Below are positions 7,501-15,230 of a DNA stretch of 57,389 nt, one piece after another (position 1 is the first letter of the stretch; each line of letters opens with the position of its first letter). The position numbers and the translations under genes are program-made. This DNA comes from a bacterium (GTDB lineage: Bacteria > Cyanobacteriota > Vampirovibrionia > Gastranaerophilales > Gastranaerophilaceae), in NCBI GenBank assembly GCA_017471365.1, contig JAFUUC010000003.1:1-57389 (forward strand), read 5' to 3'. The notes under the pieces are model-generated. The model saw only the letters and a program-made list of their open reading frames with translations, made no database searches and had not been told where the DNA came from.

Positions 7501-9792
7501 ATGTTAAATTTTTTATTCGCAAAACAAGAGAACGAAATTTCTAAAAATGCAGAATTAAACAGAGTATACAGCATACTAAAACAAGAATATTCGTTTGATA
7601 ATATTCCGGAAATTCGCAAGAAATTTCTATCAATGCATATACAAAAATACGGATACCTCACTTACCCATACCAAAAAGCACTTGATGAATTAACAATAGA
7701 AGAAACTTTATTTGCTCTGGAAGAAAAATGGAAACAAAATAATACCTTCAAAGATGGCAAATTTCACTTTAAAAACAACGAAATCAGCCCTCTATCAAGA
7801 AATCACGAAAAAAATTCAGATTGGTTCAAAAAAGAAGGACATAATATAAAACTTATAAACCTCGCAGCACTTGGCAATGGAAACAAATCTCAAGAATGTG
7901 GAAAATTCTTCGACTGGCTTAAACAACTTTTAATTTTGCCAACAGGTAACTTAAAAAATGGTATTTACAACACAACAATTTACCTTATACCGTTTCATCC
8001 TCGCGAATTTGGCTGTGCGTACCTGCCAAAAAGCAACGAAGTAAGTTCTAAATTAAAAGATGAAAACCTCGAAAAACTCACCGGAATGAATGCAAAATCA
8101 CAACTTCAAACATTCATTCAAATGGCACAACTTGCCGGTCACCCTGTTATTTATGACGTGCTACCTCAAACAGGAAGATTTTCAAAATTCGTACTCGCAA
8201 ACCCTCAAGTTGCTCGTTGGTACGATATAAGCGAAATTGAAAAACAACTTATGTCAAAAATCGATGAAGTCGCTGAATTTTTATCAAAAACTTACGACTC
8301 TGATGATATAAAAATTACAAAAGAAGTATACATTCAACGCCTTCAAGGTAACAGCGGTGATTTGAGTCCGGCATATCAAGAACTTTTTGATAACTTTGAA
8401 GGCATAATGATTGATCATAAAAAGAAGTTTTCAAATACAATGCTGGAACGTTCTTACCAAGTAAAACTTCACAAACGAGTTAAAGATCTTGTTGCAAAAG
8501 TTCACGGATTTAAACCTGATAAGAAAAATTTAACCGAAAAGGATATAACCAAACACATAGAAGTTATTCAATTATTAATAAATGAAGGTCTGTGGCCGGC
8601 TCCTGGAGGAGCGTGGTGTTCTGCCGGAATCCCGGTATACGACGGGATGAGTGAGTGCGGCGGGTATCCTATATTCAAACACTTTGACTACAAGGGGGAT
8701 GATGTTACAATGTTTGCCAATCTAGATTGTCAAACCCCATACTACTTTGTAAATCTCGAAAATGGTAAATTCAACGAAGATGTAGTCGATTTATTTATAA
8801 AAAATTTGGAAGAATTACAAAAAGACTATAATTTTGACGGTTTTAGAGTCGATCACGTTGACCACGTTGTAGACGCAGTTTCAGAGCAAAATGGCAAACC
8901 TATTAGCTACAGAGCTCCAAGATACGTATTAAATAAACTAAACACAACTATGAAGAAAAAATTGCCGTATTTTGGAACACTCGCTGAATACATGCTTTGG
9001 GATAATTATTTAAAAGAATACCATCACGATATGAATTTTGACATGCTATGGGGGAACGATATTATTTCTCAATTTGACAAAACTCCCGAAAGAATTACCG
9101 AAGATAACCAGAATTTGACGAATTATAACGTTAATCTTAAAAAAGGCAGCATGCTTTCTATTCTTAAGACTTATAACAACCAAGACGGTGAATTCAATGT
9201 TATAGACCAATACCCCGGACAGCTGGGGGAATACGGAGCTTTGTATAAGTGGGCGAAGTATAAACTCTTGCCTGGCGGGAAGTATGCACAACGCCCAATG
9301 CTCTATGCCGACGGAGATGAAAGCTTCACCTGCGGCGGTCTGGAGTACACAATTGGTGAAGAAGTTGGGATGAAACGTTCAAATAATGAAGATTTTTATA
9401 ATAAATTCGATGCACTGGACAGATTTGTTAAAGACAACGAAGTTATAACAGGCGGCGAAGCACAGATAATTATTGAAGAAGACGAAGGCTTTTGTTCATG
9501 GTTGATAACAAAAGAACCTATGAAAACAGCATATTTGATAGTTTCAAATTACAAATATCCGACAGAAAAAATAAATAAGACCGCTCCAACCGGCGAAAGT
9601 TACCGAGAAACCGTCGAAGGTTATGCGATTTTTGACAAAGAAGTTCATTTGCCGGGTGATTATAACCTGAAATGTGAATACGTAATTAACGAAAAAGATT
9701 ATAAACCAAATGAACTTGAATACACTGAAAGCCTGCATTTTGACAAACTTGAACCCGGAGAATTCCACATATTTGAACTCGAGAGAAAATAA
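7501..9792 (+). CDS. alpha-amylase superfamily (GH13-like) glycoside hydrolase/transferase, divergent
   Basis: 763 aa. Region-II-like DGFRVDHVDHV, an acid/base candidate LAEYM and a region-IV-like YNNQDGE. An AGGGAGA RBS is present. Confidence 0.5.
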   Translation: MLNFLFAKQENEISKNAELNRVYSILKQEYSFDNIPEIRKKFLSMHIQKYGYLTYPYQKALDELTIEETLFALEEKWKQNNTFKDGKFHFKNNEISPLSRNHEKNSDWFKKEGHNIKLINLAALGNGNKSQECGKFFDWLKQLLILPTGNLKNGIYNTTIYLIPFHPREFGCAYLPKSNEVSSKLKDENLEKLTGMNAKSQLQTFIQMAQLAGHPVIYDVLPQTGRFSKFVLANPQVARWYDISEIEKQLMSKIDEVAEFLSKTYDSDDIKITKEVYIQRLQGNSGDLSPAYQELFDNFEGIMIDHKKKFSNTMLERSYQVKLHKRVKDLVAKVHGFKPDKKNLTEKDITKHIEVIQLLINEGLWPAPGGAWCSAGIPVYDGMSECGGYPIFKHFDYKGDDVTMFANLDCQTPYYFVNLENGKFNEDVVDLFIKNLEELQKDYNFDGFRVDHVDHVVDAVSEQNGKPISYRAPRYVLNKLNTTMKKKLPYFGTLAEYMLWDNYLKEYHHDMNFDMLWGNDIISQFDKTPERITEDNQNLTNYNVNLKKGSMLSILKTYNNQDGEFNVIDQYPGQLGEYGALYKWAKYKLLPGGKYAQRPMLYADGDESFTCGGLEYTIGEEVGMKRSNNEDFYNKFDALDRFVKDNEVITGGEAQIIIEEDEGFCSWLITKEPMKTAYLIVSNYKYPTEKINKTAPTGESYRETVEGYAIFDKEVHLPGDYNLKCEYVINEKDYKPNELEYTESLHFDKLEPGEFHIFELERK

Positions 9793-9800
9793 TTATTAAA

Positions 9801-10314
9801 ACCCTCTCCCGGAATTTCTGATACTCGCCAAGTCTCGCATCGAAATTCCGCCCTCTCACAAAGAGAGAGGGCAGAGCTGAAAAACTATGAACAGAATTTA
9901 CACTAAAAAGTCACAAGAAAACGCAAAAAAATTGAGAAGCAATCAAACTCACTGCGAGGAATTGTTATGGTTTAACCTAAGGGCAAAACGACTGAATGGT
10001 ATAAAATTCCGCAGACAAGTTTCTATTGGTAAATATATTGTGGATTTCGCAAATTTGGGTAAAAAATTAATAATAGAGCTTGATGGTTCACAACATAGTA
10101 ATAAAGAGCAGCTCCTATATGACAAAACAAGGACAGAATATCTTAAAAAAAATAAATATACCGTTTTGCGTTTTTACGACAATGATGTACTAAATAATAT
10201 TGAATCAGTCCTAACTGTAATAATAGATACATATAATAGGCTGTAATGCTCTCTCTCTGTGAGAGGGCTGGATTTCAACTTGAGCTTGCGAAAGTTAGAA
10301 ATCCGGGAGAGGGT
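9801..10314 (+). mobile_element. candidate selfish cassette: DUF559 endonuclease gene bracketed by about 70-bp composite inverted repeats
   Basis: The left arm 9801..9872 and the reverse complement of the right arm 10248..10314 share the architecture CCCTCTCCCGGA(A)TTTC - about 21 nt - GAAAT(T)CC.GCCCTCTC - loop - GAGAGAG. Confidence 0.4.
9887..10246 (+). CDS. DUF559 domain protein (Vsr-like endonuclease fold)
   Basis: 119 aa. LRSNQTHCEELLWFNLRAKRLNGIKFRRQ...YIVDF...IELDGSQH...VLRF is typical of DUF559. Confidence 0.85.
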   Translation: MNRIYTKKSQENAKKLRSNQTHCEELLWFNLRAKRLNGIKFRRQVSIGKYIVDFANLGKKLIIELDGSQHSNKEQLLYDKTRTEYLKKNKYTVLRFYDNDVLNNIESVLTVIIDTYNRL

Positions 10315-10494
10315 GTAATGTTAACATTTATTTACAATTAATTTTGTCCAGATATAATGGCATTTTCGAGAATTTTAAACTAGAAGAATTAATACTTTAG
10401 AATTAGATTTTTGAAATTAATGTTCTTTTTCTAATTATTTGGGATTAATACAAATGTAAGCGTATCACGATTATATTAAAAATCATTCAAATGG

Positions 10495-10523
10495 TTGACA
10501 GACATGTAAAAAAAGTGTAATAT
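10495..10523 (+). promoter_or_regulatory. candidate sigma70-type promoter for the pilin gene
   Basis: TTGACA (10495-10500), a 17-nt spacer, then TAATAT (10518-10523). An overlapping TATAAT lies at 10521-10526. Confidence 0.5.
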
Positions 10524-10580
10524 AATCACGATGTAAAGCGTATGTTATAGTAATCTAAAAAAAAGAAAGGTGAAAAGATT

Positions 10581-11294
10581 ATGACAAAAAGATTCGGTTT
10601 TACTTTGGCAGAAGTATTGATCACATTGGGTATCATTGGTGTAGTTGCTGCTATGACTATTCCTACATTGATTGCAAACACTAACTCTGCAAAATTCAGA
10701 TCACAGTACAAAAAAGCATTATCAACATTGAACCAGGCTGCTTTGATGGGTCAAGCTCAGTATGATATGAACTACGGTGATGCTACAGCTGTTTGTAACG
10801 CTACGGAAGCAACAGCTGCTGCTGAAACAGCTACTTCTGACGCAACAATTTGTGCTATTTTAAACGATGTACTATCTGGTGCTGAATATGTTGGTGACGT
10901 TACAGCATTGAGAGACGGTAAAGGAAATGCTTATGCTGTAACAGCTGCTACAACTGGAACTTCCGGTTTTGGTACTGCTGCTGCCGGTGTTACCCAGGCT
11001 ACAGTTGCTACTGGTACACACCACGCTTACAAGTTGGCTGATGGTTCTATGTTTGCATTTGAAGCTGGAACTAAGGATTGTATCAAATCAACTCCTTGCT
11101 TAGGCTTCATCGATGTTAACGGTGTTACACTACCTAACAAAGAAGTAAGTATCAAGGGTGGCGATGGCAATGATAAAGACTCTGTACCTAACGATGCAGC
11201 TCACATGACAGATGTATATCCTGTTAGATTCTATGATTCAACAGTTGAGCCATTGACAGCAGCTGCTAGATATGTATTAACAACTTCTAAATAG
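10581..11294 (+). CDS. prepilin-type N-terminal cleavage/methylation domain protein (type IV pilin / pseudopilin-like)
   Basis: MTKRFG|FTLAEVLITLGIIGVVAA gives a 6-aa leader, Gly at -1, Phe at +1 and Glu at +5. An AAAGGTGA RBS is present. Confidence 0.85.
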   Translation: MTKRFGFTLAEVLITLGIIGVVAAMTIPTLIANTNSAKFRSQYKKALSTLNQAALMGQAQYDMNYGDATAVCNATEATAAAETATSDATICAILNDVLSGAEYVGDVTALRDGKGNAYAVTAATTGTSGFGTAAAGVTQATVATGTHHAYKLADGSMFAFEAGTKDCIKSTPCLGFIDVNGVTLPNKEVSIKGGDGNDKDSVPNDAAHMTDVYPVRFYDSTVEPLTAAARYVLTTSK

Positions 11295-11324
11295 TCGTTA
11301 ATTAAAAGTTTAGAGACTTTGCAA

Positions 11325-11357
11325 GAGAAGAACCAATTGTTCTTCTCTTGTTTTTTT
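11325..11357 (+). terminator. intrinsic terminator after the pilin gene
   Basis: AGAGAAGAAC-caatt-GTTCTTCTCT followed by TGTTTTTTT. Confidence 0.8.
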
Positions 11358-11363
11358 GGTTAT

Positions 11364-11456
11364 TTCCCTCTCCCAGCGGGAGAGGGAATATTAATATTAC
11401 CTTCTCCCGTCGTGAGAAGGTGGCGTTAGCCGGATGAGGGGGCAATAACTCTTGCC
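11364..11456. repeat. cluster of G-rich palindromic elements (REP-like)
   Basis: TTCCCTCTCCC-agc-GGGAGAGGGAA and CCTTCTC-ccgtcg-GAGAAGG hairpins, followed by GGATGAGGGGG. They are much more GC-rich than the surrounding sequence. Confidence 0.7.
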
Positions 11457-11486
11457 CATAAATAAAAAACTCTCTATAATACTAGT

Positions 11487-12458
11487 ATGCAAAGCATAAG
11501 GCGACTAACATATTTTGACTATCCAAAAATAAAAAGACTTATTTCCTATCTTTGCATTGATGGAAATGACAAACTTGCAAAATCATTATTAGAAGAACCA
11601 CTAGGCTTTTTAAATGCAATATTTCCCTTAAAATTAAAATTCAAACCTGAATCCTTCATACTTACACAAGATAATGAAATTTTAGGGCTAATCACGACTT
11701 CTAATACTCCCGGTAATCCATACAAAATTAATATAACCCGATTGATTTTCAAAGAAAACATGTACGAAATCGGCAAACAACTAATTAATTTTGCTGTTCA
11801 AAAATATGGAGCAAAAGGAGCCATAACATTTACAACCACAATAGACGAATGTCACGAAGAATTATTCAATTTATTTATAAATGGCTGCGGATTTCGCCAA
11901 TGTGCATCTGAAACACTATGGAAAAATGAACGTCCACAACCTCAAAAAAGTAAATTAAAGTGGAGGTATGCTCAAAATTCCGATTCCAAAAAGATTGCAG
12001 AACTTTATAATTCAGAAATTCAAAATATTTACAAACCGTCACTTGCTCGCAGCCACAGGGAATTTATGACGCCAATTTTCGAAGGATTTACAGATTTTTA
12101 TAAAATTCGCTGTGTAATAGAAGAAAATAAAAAAATTTTGGCATATTTTTCGATCACAACATCTGACAACTTAAATTACATACTGGATATAACAAAAGAT
12201 AGCAACTATGACATAAGCACCGAGGACATTATAAACACAATGCTATGTGAAATTGCACGCAAGAAAAAAGCTTTTTACCCGCTTATCAAGCAAAAAAAAT
12301 ATTCGAATAAATCAGATGAACTTGAGGAATACTTGAAAAAAAACGGATATACACCGATACAAACTCAACAAATTTTGGTTAAAAATTACTACAAAGAAGT
12401 CACTGAAACAACTTCCGATTGGAACGTTTTTATTCTGGGAGAAAACCAGATTACATAA
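11487..12458 (+). CDS. hypothetical protein, possibly a tandem GNAT-fold acetyltransferase-like protein
   Basis: 323-aa ORF. It resembles GNAT weakly (IGKQLINFAVQKYGAKGAITF...GCGFRQ). No SD is present, and TATAAT lies 6 nt upstream of the ATG. Confidence 0.35.
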   Translation: MQSIRRLTYFDYPKIKRLISYLCIDGNDKLAKSLLEEPLGFLNAIFPLKLKFKPESFILTQDNEILGLITTSNTPGNPYKINITRLIFKENMYEIGKQLINFAVQKYGAKGAITFTTTIDECHEELFNLFINGCGFRQCASETLWKNERPQPQKSKLKWRYAQNSDSKKIAELYNSEIQNIYKPSLARSHREFMTPIFEGFTDFYKIRCVIEENKKILAYFSITTSDNLNYILDITKDSNYDISTEDIINTMLCEIARKKKAFYPLIKQKKYSNKSDELEEYLKKNGYTPIQTQQILVKNYYKEVTETTSDWNVFILGENQIT

Positions 12459-12516
12459 AATTTGAGGTGACAATACGTTTTATTCATGCTAAATTTTACT
12501 CAAGAGGGATGTTATT

Positions 12517-13542
12517 ATGAGTAATTTGAAAATTTATCTTGATAGAGATATTGATACCAATTTAATAAAAAGTAAAAAAATTGCAATAATTGGTTTTGGC
12601 TCTCAAGGTTACGGACAGTCAATGAATCTAAAAGATTCCGGATGTGACGTTGTTTTAGGCTTGCGACAAGGCGGCAAATCAGATATAAAAGCAAAAAATT
12701 ACGGATTTAGAACAATGACCGTTGAAGATGCCGTAAAATATGCGGATATAATTCAAATACTTATACCTGATGAAGTTCAATCACAGGTTTACGAAACCCA
12801 AATAAAACCAAACATGAGACCCGGTCAGTACTTAATGTTTTCTCACGGTTTTAACATTCATTACAAAAAAATTGTTCCACCTGACAATATCAACGTAATT
12901 ATGGTTGCTCCTAAAGGTCCTGGGCATACGGTTAGAAGCCAGTACACTGAAGGTAAAGGGGTTCCAAGTTTGATTGCAATTTACCAAGATCCATCCGGTG
13001 ACAGCAGAGAAATTGCATTGTCATACGCAAGTGCAATTGGTGCAGGACGAGCAGGAATTATAGAAACAACCTTCCGTGAAGAAACAGAAACAGATCTTTT
13101 TGGAGAACAAACAGTTATTTGCGGCGGGGTTTCAGCTCTTATGAAAGCCGGTTTTGAAGTCCTTACAGAGGCAGGATATTCACCTTATATGGCTTATTTT
13201 GAAGTTTTGCATGAAATGAAACTGATTGTAGACCTTGTACATCAAGGTGGACTTGCAGATATGAGATATTCCATTTCTAATACGGCAGAATATGGTGATA
13301 TGACTCGCGGTCCAAGAGTTATAGGAGAAGAAAGCAAAAATGCAATGCGACAGATATTAAAAGATATTCAATCCGGAGAATTTGCAAAAGAATTTACGAA
13401 TGAAATGTCATCCGGATGTAAAAATTTTAATAGGCTTCGCCAAGAAAACGCTTCTCACCCGATAGAAAAAATCGGTGAAGAAATTCGCTCAAGCTTTGTT
13501 TGGGGTAGAAATGAAAATATTATAGATCGAGAAAGGAATTAA
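12517..13542 (+). CDS. ilvC: ketol-acid reductoisomerase
   Basis: IAIIGFGSQGYGQSMNLKDSG, LFGEQTVICGG and class I length. Confidence 0.95.
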   Translation: MSNLKIYLDRDIDTNLIKSKKIAIIGFGSQGYGQSMNLKDSGCDVVLGLRQGGKSDIKAKNYGFRTMTVEDAVKYADIIQILIPDEVQSQVYETQIKPNMRPGQYLMFSHGFNIHYKKIVPPDNINVIMVAPKGPGHTVRSQYTEGKGVPSLIAIYQDPSGDSREIALSYASAIGAGRAGIIETTFREETETDLFGEQTVICGGVSALMKAGFEVLTEAGYSPYMAYFEVLHEMKLIVDLVHQGGLADMRYSISNTAEYGDMTRGPRVIGEESKNAMRQILKDIQSGEFAKEFTNEMSSGCKNFNRLRQENASHPIEKIGEEIRSSFVWGRNENIIDRERN

Positions 13543-13543
13543 A

Positions 13544-14383
13544 ATGTTTAATACCGAGGATATATACGAAGTAGTTGTTTTTTCAATCGGTGACACCAAA
13601 GCCGGAACAAAAATGGGCAAATTACAACTCAAAAATACCGTTGACGATACAACACTCAACTGCATTCTATGGGAGGAAGCTCTGAATAGGTTTGACCCCA
13701 AAATATTTCGTAGCGGTAATTTGGTTAGAATTGTTTCTGCGAGTTTTAATGAGAAATTTAACAACTGCTTAATCTCTGCACTTGAACTTGTAAAAGAAGC
13801 AAAACTTGGGCTTGATCCAGCTGAAATTGAACAATATTATTCAAAACTTCAATCTTTTATCAATTTATTAAAAGATGAAAAACTACGCAATTTTGTCGCA
13901 GATTTATTTGAAAAACACCAAGACAAATTTAAAATTATGCCGGCGGCAAAACTTATGCACCACAATTACATTGGCGGTCTTTTGGTTCATACAGTTGAAT
14001 GTCTTGAATTTGCTCAACTTAATATGCCTCATTTCAACGTAAAAGTGAATGAGGACGATATTTACGCAGCTTGTTTGCTTCACGATTTTGGTAAAATTTT
14101 TGAATACACTATAAATGCCGAAACCGGTTTAATAGATTATGTTGCAGGATTCCGTGAAGAATGGATTTCACACTCTCAGTATGGATTTTGTATTTGTATG
14201 AATGCCGGATTTAAAAAAGTAGCAAAAATGATTGCAGCTCACCACGGACGCACAGACTGGGGTGCTATAATAGATCTTGATCAAAAAGATTTGGAAGATG
14301 AACTGTATTTAATTCATTTTATCGATAATTTATCTGCCAAATTCGGTAAGATAAATACCAGACTACTTGAAAAAAATCAATAG
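13544..14383 (+). CDS. OB-fold plus HD-domain protein (YhaM-like 3'-5' exoribonuclease family)
   Basis: HHNYIGGLLVHTVECLEF, LLHDFGKIFEY and AAHHGRTDWGA. The N-terminus is OB-like. Confidence 0.6.
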   Translation: MFNTEDIYEVVVFSIGDTKAGTKMGKLQLKNTVDDTTLNCILWEEALNRFDPKIFRSGNLVRIVSASFNEKFNNCLISALELVKEAKLGLDPAEIEQYYSKLQSFINLLKDEKLRNFVADLFEKHQDKFKIMPAAKLMHHNYIGGLLVHTVECLEFAQLNMPHFNVKVNEDDIYAACLLHDFGKIFEYTINAETGLIDYVAGFREEWISHSQYGFCICMNAGFKKVAKMIAAHHGRTDWGAIIDLDQKDLEDELYLIHFIDNLSAKFGKINTRLLEKNQ

Positions 14384-14500
14384 TTTTATTTGCAATGTTA
14401 ACAAAATAAATAAAAATTTACTTTATGAAACATTTTAAGTCATGGGGCATGCTTTGTGATAGATTAATCTTGTAAGAATAGTTTAGTAAGGAGATAATTA

Positions 14501-15163
14501 ATGTCAGAATACCTGAGCAAGGAAGAGATTAAACAATGGAGAAGTTCTTTAGAAAAAATTACACTTGAGGAATTTGCTGCCAGATTAGGGAAAAAAATTG
14601 AAGAAAAAAAATCAACTAATGACCTTGTCGATATAGTTCTCCACGGTCAGCCAGTCGTGTCTGAAGAACCTGAATGGACATCCCAGGCAGAAAAATTAAG
14701 CTCCATAGCTGCAAGAGCTTATGAAAAAGAAAGAGATATTTATCTTTCACCGTTTTCAGCTAAAAACTTGCAACAAGAAAACTCCAAAACTTCAAAAGCA
14801 AAAGCCAAAGAAGTTAAACCAGCCAAAAAGGTTGAAGAAAAAATTAAACCTACAACTGCTGTTAAAAAGTCTCAAAAATCGCTCGAAAAAGCTGCTAAAA
14901 AAATCTCCACAAAAACTAAAACAGGTGACAAATTAAGAGATGAAGTAAGAGTTGTTTTTAAAAAAGCACTTACAGACCGCGAACAACGTGTATTTGATTA
15001 TTTCGCCGCTAATAAAAATCAAGTTGTTTATGCAAAAGATTTGGCAACTCTCCTTGACTTACCTAGAGATTACGTATATAAGTACATAAAGAATCTTAGA
15101 GCGAAAATTGACTCAGATGCTCTAAAAAATGCAGACAAGGGCGGCTTTGTTTTAACAGTATAA
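14501..15163 (+). CDS. hypothetical lysine-rich protein with a C-terminal HTH-like segment
   Basis: 220 aa with a strong RBS (TAAGGAG). The central tract is K/A/E-rich. The C-terminus is LTDREQRVFDYFAANKNQVVYAKDLATLLDLPRDYVYKYIKNLR. Confidence 0.6.
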   Translation: MSEYLSKEEIKQWRSSLEKITLEEFAARLGKKIEEKKSTNDLVDIVLHGQPVVSEEPEWTSQAEKLSSIAARAYEKERDIYLSPFSAKNLQQENSKTSKAKAKEVKPAKKVEEKIKPTTAVKKSQKSLEKAAKKISTKTKTGDKLRDEVRVVFKKALTDREQRVFDYFAANKNQVVYAKDLATLLDLPRDYVYKYIKNLRAKIDSDALKNADKGGFVLTV

Positions 15164-15200
15164 AATTTTAACGTCAAAAAAAATTAACGCATATATGAAA

Positions 15201-15230
15201 ACACTCCTCATAAATGAGGAGTTTTTTTTG
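15201..15230 (+). terminator. intrinsic terminator
   Basis: ACTCCTCA-taaa-TGAGGAGT followed by T8. Confidence 0.8.

Noticed and set aside
7398-7661. 87-aa minus-strand ORF spanning the divergent promoter region and the 5' end of the GH13-like gene
   Set aside because: It overlaps a well-supported start (AGGGAGA RBS at 7501). Its product is Phe/Ile/Cys-rich low-complexity sequence and is likely spurious.
10581-11294. Neisseria-type pilE/pilS cassette antigenic variation or a diversity-generating retroelement acting on the pilins
   Set aside because: All copies seen have their own start codon, RBS and promoter, so none is a silent cassette. The shared region beyond the first ~70 nt carries many synonymous differences, which argues against ongoing gene conversion there. 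No reverse transcriptase or template repeat is present.
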